NCBI GenBank assembly: GCA_051892935.1
Contig: JBJFGS010000025.1
Coordinates: 80,813 to 144,812, forward strand
From: Candidatus Coprovivens sp.
GTDB taxonomy: Bacteria; Bacillota_I; Bacilli_A; RF39; UBA660
Direction: 5' to 3'
Length of the DNA: 64,000 nt
The position numbers and the translations under genes were made by a program. Below, one piece after another: positions 1 through 8,979 of this stretch. Numbering within the stretch: the stretch's first letter is position 1; the number at the start of each line of letters is the position of its first letter. Under the pieces are notes generated by a model. The model had not been told where the DNA came from and ran no database searches. It worked only from the letters and a program-made list of their open reading frames with translations.

Positions 1-48
1 CAACTTATAAACGAATTAGAACAAAGAATAGAAGAACTTTCAGAATAA
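1..48 (+). CDS. 3' end of an unidentified CDS entering from the left edge
   Basis: Frame open from base 1 (QLINELEQRIEELSE), stop TAA at 46-48, followed by a hairpin terminator. Confidence 0.3.
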   Translation, partial: QLINELEQRIEELSE

Positions 49-58
49 AAAATAAAGA

Positions 59-83
59 ATGTAGCTTAATGCTACATTTTTTT
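59..83 (+). terminator. Rho-independent terminator
   Basis: Stem atgtagc / gctacat (59-65 / 71-77) followed by a T run. Confidence 0.75.
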
Positions 84-108
84 GTATAATAAAAAAGGTG
101 ATTTATAA

Positions 109-2295
109 ATGAAAAAAGCAGAGCTACTAATACCTGTTGGAAATCAAGAATGCTTAATAGCAGCAATTCATAATGGAGCCGATGCAGTATACCTTGGTGG
201 AAAAAAATTTGGAGCAAGAGCATATTCAAACAATTTCAATGAAGAAGAAATGGTAAAAGCAATAAAATTATGTCATCTATACGGAGTAAAAATATATGTA
301 ACAGTAAACACAATGATTTATAATGAAGAAATAAAAGAAGTATTAAACTATCTAAATTTTCTTTACATTAATAATGTTGATGCCGTAATAATGCAAGATA
401 ATGGGTTAATAGAACTAGCAAGAAAATTAATACCTAATTTAGAAATACACGTTTCAACACAGGCTCATAATCATAACTCTCCAGCAATACAGCACTACAA
501 AGAAATAGGATGTACTAGAGTAGTATTTGATCGAGAATCATCACTAGAATCAATAGCTAATATAACTGTAGACATAGAAAAAGAAGTCTTTATATATGGA
601 GCACTATGTATTTGCTACTCAGGAAACTGCTTATTTAGCGCCTTAAACGGCGGTAGAAGTGCTAATAGAGGAATGTGTGTAGGTTCATGTCGTCTACCAT
701 ATACTTTATACAAAAATAACCAAAAACAAAAAGAAGGATACTTACTAAGTACAAAAGACTTAAATACACTTCCTAATCTTAAAGAAATACTAGATAAAAA
801 GATTGATTCTTTAAAAGTAGAAGGTCGTATGAAAAGCAAAGAATACGTAGCAATAGTAACAAAAACATTCCGTAAACTAATTGATGACTACTACAACAAA
901 AAAGAAATAATCTTTACACAAGAAGATAATGAAAAACTATTACAAACATATAATAGAGAATTTACAAAAGGATACCTATTTAATGAAGATAATATAATAA
1001 ATAATAAAACATCAAATCACCAAGGAATAAAAATAGGTACAGTAATTGGCGTAAATAACAAAAAAATAACTATTAAGTTAGATAAAGATTTATATCAAAA
1101 CGATGCAATTAGATTTGATAAACCAAATAAAGGTATGTATGTAAATACCCTATATAATAATAAAGGACTACTAGTATCAAATATAGCCAAAGGAAACATA
1201 TGCCAAGTAGACAATAAAGAAAGAATTATGATTAAAGACCTACTAGGCAGTAACGTTCTAAAAACAATAGATACAAAACTTAATGAAGAACTAAATCAAA
1301 TAACAGAAAAGAAAATACCTATCAATATAACATTTAAAGCCAAAATAGACGCAAATAGCACACTTTCCATAACAGATAATACAAATACCATAGAAATAGA
1401 AGGAACAATAACAGAAGAAGCTAAATCATCCCCTATAACAAAAGAACGTATTATAGAACAAATTACTAAACTAGGATCAACACCATTTACACCAAATCAA
1501 ATATTAGTAGATATAGATAGAAATATATTTATTAATATAAAAGAACTAAACGAACTAAGAAGACAAGCAGTAGAAAAACTAATAAATAAAAAAGAAGGAC
1601 ATTCCAAATCAGAAATACACCTTAGCATTCCATCTCCAATAGAAAAAATAAGTAATAATCCTAAAATAAGTATCTTAGTAAGAAACGAAGAACAATTAAA
1701 TATAGCACTAAGAAATAATATAGACTATATATATGTAACAGAAGAAAAAATATACCAAAAATATAAAACATATAAAAATATTTATTTAAGACTAAACAGA
1801 GTAATAGAAAATCACCCAGACTATGAAAACGAAAGACTTCTATGTACAGAATTTGGTTCTATAATAAAATATAATAAAAATAATAGCATAAGAACAGATT
1901 ATTATCTAAATGTTGCAAACGATTATACCATAAACAAACTTATTAAATTAAACAGTAATTCTATTACTTTGAGTGTAGAATTATCAATAGAACAACTAAA
2001 AAATATAAAAAATAAAGAAAAATCAGAAATATTAATATATGGAACACCAGAATGTATGATTATTAAAAATAATATATTTAATATAAAAGAAGAAAATGCC
2101 TACTTATTAGATAATAAGAACAATAAATATCCTATAATATATGATAATTATACTCATATCTTCAATCATACCAAAATTAATTTAATAGATAAAATTCCTA
2201 TATTAAAAAACTTTGGCACATATAGAATAGAATTATTAAACGAAAATATAATAGAAACACAAACAATTATAAATAAAATAAAAGATATGTTATAA
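109..2295 (+). CDS. Peptidase U32 family protein (long form)
   Basis: 728-aa ORF. RBS aaggtga lies 8 nt upstream. N-terminus reads ELLIPVGN...GADAVYLGG. EVFIYGALCICYSGNCLFS nearly matches the U32 signature E-x-F-x2-G-[SA]-[LIVM]-C-x4-G-x-C. Confidence 0.85.
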   Translation: MKKAELLIPVGNQECLIAAIHNGADAVYLGGKKFGARAYSNNFNEEEMVKAIKLCHLYGVKIYVTVNTMIYNEEIKEVLNYLNFLYINNVDAVIMQDNGLIELARKLIPNLEIHVSTQAHNHNSPAIQHYKEIGCTRVVFDRESSLESIANITVDIEKEVFIYGALCICYSGNCLFSALNGGRSANRGMCVGSCRLPYTLYKNNQKQKEGYLLSTKDLNTLPNLKEILDKKIDSLKVEGRMKSKEYVAIVTKTFRKLIDDYYNKKEIIFTQEDNEKLLQTYNREFTKGYLFNEDNIINNKTSNHQGIKIGTVIGVNNKKITIKLDKDLYQNDAIRFDKPNKGMYVNTLYNNKGLLVSNIAKGNICQVDNKERIMIKDLLGSNVLKTIDTKLNEELNQITEKKIPINITFKAKIDANSTLSITDNTNTIEIEGTITEEAKSSPITKERIIEQITKLGSTPFTPNQILVDIDRNIFINIKELNELRRQAVEKLINKKEGHSKSEIHLSIPSPIEKISNNPKISILVRNEEQLNIALRNNIDYIYVTEEKIYQKYKTYKNIYLRLNRVIENHPDYENERLLCTEFGSIIKYNKNNSIRTDYYLNVANDYTINKLIKLNSNSITLSVELSIEQLKNIKNKEKSEILIYGTPECMIIKNNIFNIKEENAYLLDNKNNKYPIIYDNYTHIFNHTKINLIDKIPILKNFGTYRIELLNENIIETQTIINKIKDML

Positions 2296-2312
2296 TAAAA
2301 ATAGGTGATAGT

Positions 2313-2933
2313 ATGATAGATTTAAAAACTTGTAAAACAAAAGATCTAGACGATATATTCTATGCAACAAAAGAAAGTCAAGGAACTGAAAATGCTATAT
2401 CAGCAATTAAATATGTTTTATTCGATGATGATTCTGTATTAGAAGGAAAAAAACCTGAAGATAATAAATACTTATATATATCATCTACAAATAATGCCCG
2501 AAAAAAAGCTATGTTAATGCAACAAGACGATATAACACATATTTTAATAAAGTATTGCATGTCTACGTTTGGCTTAAGAGGAAAAGATTTTATTGTAAAC
2601 GAAGAAGAATTACTATTAAATCTTCAACGTATAGAAAGACTAGAACTAAGTGCTTATGAAATGATTGAACAAATAGCCTATGCAGCAATAGGAAATATTT
2701 ATAATGCCATAGATCTTCTATATGGCAATCAAAATATTTTTAACGAAATAGTAGATTACATGTTATCAGAAAGATATATCTCAGAGTACAAAGATTCACT
2801 TGACAATTTTTCAGGAATTATTGATAATAATAACATTGATTCAGAAAAACGTTTTGCTTTTTATGATGCATATTGCAATATAGACAAAACATTCGAAGAA
2901 ATAAAAAGAAACAATCCAGATTATATAAAATAG
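2313..2933 (+). CDS. Hypothetical protein
   Basis: 206-aa ORF with RBS aggtga upstream. No motif recognised. Confidence 0.6.
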   Translation: MIDLKTCKTKDLDDIFYATKESQGTENAISAIKYVLFDDDSVLEGKKPEDNKYLYISSTNNARKKAMLMQQDDITHILIKYCMSTFGLRGKDFIVNEEELLLNLQRIERLELSAYEMIEQIAYAAIGNIYNAIDLLYGNQNIFNEIVDYMLSERYISEYKDSLDNFSGIIDNNNIDSEKRFAFYDAYCNIDKTFEEIKRNNPDYIK

Positions 2934-2948
2934 AAAAGAGTAGAGTTT

Positions 2949-3413
2949 ATGAAAAAAAATAAAAAAGAACTTGATATAAAAGAAAATTTAAAAGATTTAG
3001 GCAAAAAAAGTAATGGATTTTTATCAGAATTTAAGAAATTTATTGCTCGTGGAAACGTAATGGATCTTGCCGTTGGTGTAATTGTTGGAACAGCATTTAC
3101 AAGTATAGTAACAAGTCTATCGAATAATATTTTACTCCCTTTAATAGGAATTGTTATTGGTGGATTTAATTTTAAAGAACTTTCACTTGAATTTACAGCT
3201 TGGGGAAATCCAGTCACATTAAATTATGGTTTATTTATTCAAAGTACTGTAGACTTCCTAATAACAGCATTTTGTGTTTTCGTAATAGTAAAAGTATTAA
3301 ACAACTTATTTAGTAAAAAAGAAAAAAAAGAAGAACCCAAAGCTCCTGTTAAATCAGATGAAGTTAAGTTATTAGAAGAAATTAGAGATTTATTAAAAGA
3401 ATCAAATAAATAA
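2949..3413 (+). CDS. mscL: Large-conductance mechanosensitive channel MscL
   Basis: FIARGNVMDLAVGVIVGTAF matches the conserved MscL TM1 region. Size (154 aa) and the charged C-terminal helix also fit. Confidence 0.9.
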   Translation: MKKNKKELDIKENLKDLGKKSNGFLSEFKKFIARGNVMDLAVGVIVGTAFTSIVTSLSNNILLPLIGIVIGGFNFKELSLEFTAWGNPVTLNYGLFIQSTVDFLITAFCVFVIVKVLNNLFSKKEKKEEPKAPVKSDEVKLLEEIRDLLKESNK

Positions 3414-3471
3414 AAAGTAGATAGAGTAATATGAACTGAACCCCAAAAGTTGGACAGTTTATAAATAGTTT

Positions 3472-4340
3472 CTAATTAGAGGATTGTAACCTGTAATTCA
3501 CGGGAGACAGTCCTTTTAATTTTACTTTAATTCTATCGTAATTATAATAATAAATATAGTCATCAATCGCTTTTATCAAATCATCTAATGTTTTATAATT
3601 ATCCTCTTGGTCATAAAACATTTCTGTTTTAAGTATACCAAAGAAATTTTCCATCATTCCATTATCCATACTATTTCCTTTTCTAGACATACTTTGTTTT
3701 ATACCATTATTTTTTAATCTTTGCTGATAAGATTGATGTTGATATTGCCATCCTTGATCTGAATGAAATATTAATCCTTCTAAATTATTATTTTTATTAA
3801 ATGCTTTATTTAGCATATCATTAATTTGTTCTAAGTTTGGTGATTTAGAAGTATTATAAGAAATTACTTCGCCATTATATCCATCTAATATTGGTGATAA
3901 ATAACATTTTTCACCACGAAGATTAAATTCAGTAACATCTGTATACCATTTTTCATTTGGTTTGTCTGCATAAAAATTTCTATCGATTAAATTATCGGTA
4001 ATTTTACCTATAGTTCCTTTATATGATGAATATTTTCTTTTATTTCTTTTTAACGGTTTTAAACCTAATTTAACCATTATTCTATAGACTTTTTTATGGT
4101 TAACATTATAACCTTAATTTCTTAATTCTAATGTGATTCTACGATAACCATATCTTTCTTTATTATTAATAAATATTTCCTTTATTTTATCATTATTTCC
4201 TTATTTTTATCATCTTTATCTATTTTAGATAAAGTATAATAATATACTGATTTAGCTAAACCAGATATTTTCAGAAGAATCACTAATGGATATATTAGCC
4301 GAAGTTCACTTACAACATTTACTTTTTCTTCTGTTGTTGA
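3472..4340 (-). pseudogene. IS3 transposase orfB (DDE integrase domain), disrupted
   Basis: The C-terminal 201 aa are intact (WYTDVTEF, HSDQGWQYQ, MENFFGILKTE DDE motifs). The upstream part (VNVVSELRLIYPLV...KERYGYRRITLELRN*GYNVNHKK) needs one extra frameshift and reads through an in-frame TAA. Confidence 0.75.
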
Positions 4341-4825
4341 TTCTTCCTTGCTTGAACAACGGCTCTCAATTTTTTTGAGTATTCTAGCTCCGCTTTTAAA
4401 TATAAATTTTCTTCTTCCAATCTTTTTATTTTTTCTTTATCTGTTTCATTTTCTTTTTTCTTTGTTACTTTAGGCATAGTTGACCGTCCTCGCTTTCGTT
4501 CAACTATATTATAACCATTTTCTATATAATTTTTAATCCAATTTTGTAACATTCCATAACTTAGTAAACTCATATCCAAAGCAACAGACCATACGGCCTC
4601 ACCATTAATTAAAACTCTATCAATAGCTTCTTGTTTTTCGAATCTTGTATGATTTTTATTTTTACCAGCTCTTAAAATATCTATTCCGTGTTTATCAATT
4701 AGTGCAATTAGATAATTTATTAGACATTTTCTAACTTTATACTTATTTGATAAACTGCATATGGACATTCCATTCTTTTTATCATTATACAAATTTATTT
4801 TATCTTCATAAGTTAATTTTGACAT
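4319..4825 (-). CDS. IS3 transposase orfA (HTH)
   Basis: 168-aa ORF with an HTH-like N-terminus and a leucine-zipper-like LEEENLYLKAELE. It ends in an A-rich gaaaaag stretch where IS3 elements normally frameshift into orfB. Confidence 0.8.
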   Translation of the reverse strand: MSKLTYEDKINLYNDKKNGMSICSLSNKYKVRKCLINYLIALIDKHGIDILRAGKNKNHTRFEKQEAIDRVLINGEAVWSVALDMSLLSYGMLQNWIKNYIENGYNIVERKRGRSTMPKVTKKKENETDKEKIKRLEEENLYLKAELEYSKKLRAVVQARKNQQQKKK

Positions 4826-4900
4826 ATAAAAACCTCGTTTCTATTTTGTCCAAGAAACGGGGTTCATATCAATACTCAAATCTACTTTTTTATTTAATAA

Positions 4901-5812
4901 TTAAACTTTTTCTACTAATTTAATAGATTTATCTACTAAGTAATTAATATTTTCATCTCTACATACTGTATCTTTTTTAGTATGAATTTTATCTATATAT
5001 TCAAAATGCTTTCCTCTAATTACTGAACAAACACCTACACCATTAGTAAAATTAGCTTGATCAGATGGATAAATAGCTCCTTTAGTAATCATATCAGTAA
5101 TAACATTATTATCACTAGTATAAACATCTTTTAACAAATCTACATTTTTAATAGCTTTTTTATTAAAAATAAACATAATTTTATCTCCATCAGAAACACA
5201 ATCAAAATTAATTAGTAGCTTTTCTTTCATAACATCCTTATGCTTAGAAGCAAAAGATGCAGAACCTATAAGTCCAGATTCTTCTAAATCAAACAAGATA
5301 AAAGCAACTTTATCTTTTAAATTATCAGGTATTTTATTAATCATTTCTAGAATAGTTAATACACCAGATGTGTTATCATTAACAGTAGATTTATTTGCTG
5401 GACCAAACATTATTAAACAAACAAATAATATTATAATAAAATCATATATAAGTTCTAATAATAACTCATTAATTGGAAACAAAAATGAAATTCCAATAGT
5501 AATAAAAGCAGAAACAAATACAATTAAGAATAATAATAAAATTTGATATAAAACATAAATAAAAATATTTGTAGGTGTAATAAAATTAGGAACAGGTAAT
5601 ACAGCACAAGTATCATAATGAGCCGTAAATAAAACCTTAGCTTTACTAACATCACCAATAACTATATTTCTACTACCAAAATATCCTTTTTCAATTGATA
5701 TGTCATATTTAGAATCTTTTAATTCCTCTTTAACATAACTAATAAACTCATTTTTTTGTTTTTTATTTTTTCTAACCATATACTTATTTAAAATAGTATC
5801 TTTATACTTCAT
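4901..5812 (-). CDS. M28-family metallopeptidase with internal TM segments
   Basis: FTAHYDT and FILFDLEESGLIGS metal-ligand motifs. Start moved to the ATG at 5812 (MKYKDTIL), preceded by ggagg. The longer track ORF starts inside the upstream terminator. Confidence 0.7.
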   Translation of the reverse strand: MKYKDTILNKYMVRKNKKQKNEFISYVKEELKDSKYDISIEKGYFGSRNIVIGDVSKAKVLFTAHYDTCAVLPVPNFITPTNIFIYVLYQILLLFLIVFVSAFITIGISFLFPINELLLELIYDFIIILFVCLIMFGPANKSTVNDNTSGVLTILEMINKIPDNLKDKVAFILFDLEESGLIGSASFASKHKDVMKEKLLINFDCVSDGDKIMFIFNKKAIKNVDLLKDVYTSDNNVITDMITKGAIYPSDQANFTNGVGVCSVIRGKHFEYIDKIHTKKDTVCRDENINYLVDKSIKLVEKV

Positions 5813-5825
5813 ATAAACTTCCTCC

Positions 5826-5849
5826 AAAAAAAGAGCAATCATTGCTCTT
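5826..5849 (-). terminator. Rho-independent terminator
   Basis: On the minus strand: aagagca-atgat-tgctctt followed by ttttt. It overlaps the stop of the 56-aa ORF. Confidence 0.6.
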
Positions 5850-6018
5850 AATAATATATTAACATTCCAAAAATAGATATCAAAGAACCTAAAATCATAA
5901 CAAGAGCCATAATCCAACCAACAATTTTCATTACTAATTTTCTTTTTTGATTGGCAGTCATTTTTTTCTTTTTAGGTTTAATTTTTTCTTCGACTTCATC
6001 TTTAATTTTTTTTGCCAT
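5848..6018 (-). CDS. Small tail-anchored membrane protein (56 aa), absent from the ORF track
   Basis: MAKKIKDEVEEKIKPKKKKMTANQKRKLVMKIVGWIMALVMILGSLISIFGMLIYY. Strong RBS agaggtga 6 nt upstream; lysine-rich N-terminus plus one C-terminal TM helix. Confidence 0.55.
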   Translation of the reverse strand: MAKKIKDEVEEKIKPKKKKMTANQKRKLVMKIVGWIMALVMILGSLISIFGMLIYY

Positions 6019-6102
6019 TTAAAATCACCTCTAACTATATAAACTAAATATAATTTATCATATTTTTCACCTTAAGTAAATAAATTTAATCAGGTGAAAA
6101 AT

Positions 6103-6669
6103 ATGATAAGAATAATATCGAAGTATAAAAATATCTATATATTTCTAATAACACTAGCTATAATCGGTGCAATAAGTGGTTATCTATATTATCAGATTCA
6201 ACCAACTAAAACTAAAGAAGAAATAAAAACAAACGTCAACATCAAAGAAAGCATAAATTCAAGAGTAAATAACTTATCTAAAAACTTAAAAAATAATATA
6301 AAAATATTCTTTTATTCACTATTAATAATACCTATAATAATAAATATCTTTAATATATTTTATAAGCCTTTCGAAATAGGTTTTATTTTTAATTTATTAT
6401 CAAAATATAATATTAAACTATCATTAATATATACAAACATATACTTAAATATTCCTTTTATAATAAGTATCATCCTAACTAGAATAAGTATAACTTTCAT
6501 ATATAATATAATAAAATACATTATAATAAGAGATAATAAATCAAAAGTATTAATAAAAAATACATTTAAAAAATACATTATAATAATAATTATTTCAATA
6601 CTATACGATATATTAATTATCATCACTAGTCCTTATATAAACAGATATTTAATGACATTTATTAAATAA
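6103..6669 (+). CDS. Polytopic membrane protein, SpoIIM-like architecture
   Basis: ATG at 6103 preceded by aggtga. About 188 aa with an N-terminal TM helix and several C-terminal ones. The SpoIIM resemblance is by size and topology only. Confidence 0.5.
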   Translation: MIRIISKYKNIYIFLITLAIIGAISGYLYYQIQPTKTKEEIKTNVNIKESINSRVNNLSKNLKNNIKIFFYSLLIIPIIINIFNIFYKPFEIGFIFNLLSKYNIKLSLIYTNIYLNIPFIISIILTRISITFIYNIIKYIIIRDNKSKVLIKNTFKKYIIIIIISILYDILIIITSPYINRYLMTFIK

Positions 6670-6700
6670 TAATGTTATAATTAATAATAGAGGTGATGAT

Positions 6701-8368
6701 ATGGAAGCACTAGCTATCAGCGCAGCAAATTTAAATACCATAGAAGAAAACTTAGGAGCAGTTGCCAAAGAATTATCTGGAGTCATAAATAATGTTTCAA
6801 CAGTAAATGATCAAGTAAATAAAGTAGAATCAAAAGTAGAAACACTTAATGACGAAGTAAAAAGCCTAGTTAAAGAAATAAGAGAAACTACTATAATAAC
6901 AAACGCTCGTCAATCTATTATGTATAACAACTCAGAAATAGAAAAAAAATATGGATACTACGATAAAGTAAGAAGAACAACTGAATCCCTATTAGATGCT
7001 ATTGAAAACTCATCAATAAGAAAAAATTCTCTTCAAGAACTAAATCAAGAAATTATTTTAAATAATCCAAATTACTGGTTATCTTCTGCTTTAGCTGCAT
7101 TATCATCATGGTTATTAAACGATCGTACAAATACCGAAAAAGAATTAAATAACGCATTAAAAAAAGATAATAAAAAAACAAGTCTTTTCTTCTGTTTGAT
7201 AAATTTAAAATTACAAAGAACTCAAACATCTTTAAATTGGTTAAATAAATATCTATCTCTTCAAAATCCAACTAAATTAGATAAAGATTTTATAACTATC
7301 CTTGATTTAATTGCAACAGGTACTTTTGGTGATGAAGCCAAAAATACAGTATTAAAAAAAATAAATTTCTGGTTTAATAGTCTTAACTCTGAAAAAGAAA
7401 TACAAAACGAACAAAAAAGCATATGGAGCAATTTTTTAAAAACAAAACAAGATACCGATATAAGAATGCCAAATTTAGAAAACTATTCCCCAGATGTATT
7501 CAAACTAAAAAACAACTTAGCAATAACATCAACTTATATAAATGTCCTTAATCATTTAGAAAACATTATAAAAAGCGACACATCAAATAAAGGAATAAAC
7601 GAAATAATAAATAATTTAATATACGAATACGAATCAAATGAACAAATATATCAAAAAGACAATTTAAAAAATAATCTTATTATAGAATGTAATGGTAATA
7701 GAGAAGAAGCCGAAAAACTATTTAAAAAACAAGAAAGTATTTATAACAATGAAACCAATCTTCTAACCCTTTTAAGCAACATTATAATATATAAAAATTC
7801 ATACAGTATTAGTAATGAAACACAAAAAATAGCTTTATCACTAATGAAAGAATACATCCAAAACGCTATTGAAGAAATGAATGAAGAAATAAGTAAAGAT
7901 AACATCAATATATCAATAGACAAATTTAAAACAACAACCAAAGATGGAAGTAATTTAAAAGAAGCAAAACAAGACTTAGAAGCTTATCTAAGTACGATAT
8001 TTAATGAAGAAGATAAAGATTTAATAATTACTCTTTTAATAATAAATATTCTAGGAATAATAGGAATATTCATAACTTTAAACAGCAAAATTCTTTGTAC
8101 ATTATTAATAATAATAATTCTATTAGGAAATTTCATTTTACTATTTAAATTAAATCAAAGAAATAGGCTAAGAACAAGAGAAAAAAATAAATTGAGAATC
8201 AATATAGGAAATATCCTTGAAAGAGTCTTAGCAGAAACAACAGATTACAACAACTTAATGTTAGAAGACAACGAACATTATATAGAATTAAAAACATATC
8301 TAAACAATCTAGAAGCTGAAAACTACACAAAAAGTAACGACGAAAGAAATATTAATATAGGAGAATAA
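6701..8368 (+). CDS. Coiled-coil protein with two C-terminal TM helices (unknown function)
   Basis: 555 aa; RBS agaggtga. N-terminal heptad-like NLNTIEENLGAVAKELSGVINNVSTVNDQVNKVESKVETLNDEVKSLVKEIRE. TM pair LIITLLIINILGIIGIFITL and LCTLLIIIILLGNFILLFKL. Confidence 0.75.
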   Translation: MEALAISAANLNTIEENLGAVAKELSGVINNVSTVNDQVNKVESKVETLNDEVKSLVKEIRETTIITNARQSIMYNNSEIEKKYGYYDKVRRTTESLLDAIENSSIRKNSLQELNQEIILNNPNYWLSSALAALSSWLLNDRTNTEKELNNALKKDNKKTSLFFCLINLKLQRTQTSLNWLNKYLSLQNPTKLDKDFITILDLIATGTFGDEAKNTVLKKINFWFNSLNSEKEIQNEQKSIWSNFLKTKQDTDIRMPNLENYSPDVFKLKNNLAITSTYINVLNHLENIIKSDTSNKGINEIINNLIYEYESNEQIYQKDNLKNNLIIECNGNREEAEKLFKKQESIYNNETNLLTLLSNIIIYKNSYSISNETQKIALSLMKEYIQNAIEEMNEEISKDNINISIDKFKTTTKDGSNLKEAKQDLEAYLSTIFNEEDKDLIITLLIINILGIIGIFITLNSKILCTLLIIIILLGNFILLFKLNQRNRLRTREKNKLRINIGNILERVLAETTDYNNLMLEDNEHYIELKTYLNNLEAENYTKSNDERNINIGE

Positions 8369-8370
8369 CT

Positions 8371-8547
8371 ATGAACGAAGAACAATTTAAAAAACTAGAT
8401 ATAGGCAATGAAATAAAAATAAAACCAGCTATTATTAATCTTCCAGAAAAAAAAGATAAAGATAATAAAAATGATGAAAAAATAATAGTCGAACTTCCAA
8501 CATGGAACATAGAACCACCTATAGAAATAAAAAGAGGCGAACAATGA
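8371..8547 (+). CDS. Small protein (58 aa), absent from the ORF track
   Basis: MNEEQFKKLDIGNEIKIKPAIINLPEKKDKDNKNDEKIIVELPTWNIEPPIEIKRGEQ. RBS aggag lies 8 nt upstream, inside the end of the previous gene. Its TGA overlaps the next ATG (caATGAca). Confidence 0.6.
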   Translation: MNEEQFKKLDIGNEIKIKPAIINLPEKKDKDNKNDEKIIVELPTWNIEPPIEIKRGEQ

Positions 8548-8978
8548 CATACGAAGAATGGTTAAATACAATTGAAGAATTAAAACACCCAAACCTAAGC
8601 ATAGATAATCTAAATAAAATAAAAAACACCTCCTTAAATGAAAATATTAATCCTTTATTAATTCCTAAAATAGAAAATTTAGTTAAAGAAAGATTAAACA
8701 ACAGCATAAATAAAATAATTTTAAATCTTAGTGAAATATTTAGCGATATAAACTACTTAGATCTAACACTACTAAATTTTAAAAAAGAAATAAACTATAT
8801 ATTAGAGATAATCTCTATAAAACAATTACCAGAAGAAAAACAAAAAGAATTAAAAGACATGATAAAAGCCGAAAGTAATAATGTAATAGAAATTCTAAAT
8901 AAAGAAGCACAAAAGCTTGATTACACAGGTTCCTTATCATCAATAATAAATAACTATAGAATAAAATGGAGTGAATAA
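8544..8978 (+). CDS. Hypothetical protein (144 aa)
   Basis: Start placed at the ATG at 8544 (MTYEEWLNTIEEL), which forms an ATGA overlap with the upstream small ORF. The track start at 8502 lacks an RBS. Confidence 0.65.
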   Translation: MTYEEWLNTIEELKHPNLSIDNLNKIKNTSLNENINPLLIPKIENLVKERLNNSINKIILNLSEIFSDINYLDLTLLNFKKEINYILEIISIKQLPEEKQKELKDMIKAESNNVIEILNKEAQKLDYTGSLSSIINNYRIKWSE

Positions 8979-8979
8979 A

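Larger units (their letters stand above)
3437..4866 (-). mobile_element. IS3-family insertion sequence, decayed
   Basis: Imperfect terminal inverted repeats: TGAACCCCaaaaGTTGGACA at 3437 and the reverse complement of 4866, TGAACCCCgtttCTTGGACA. They enclose an orfA/orfB transposase pair. No clear target-site duplication. Confidence 0.8.

Noticed and set aside
3427-3441. The duplicated tgaac-tgaac at the left IS end looked like a possible target-site duplication.
   Set aside because: The sequence flanking the right end (tatcaa) does not match, so no direct repeat brackets the element.
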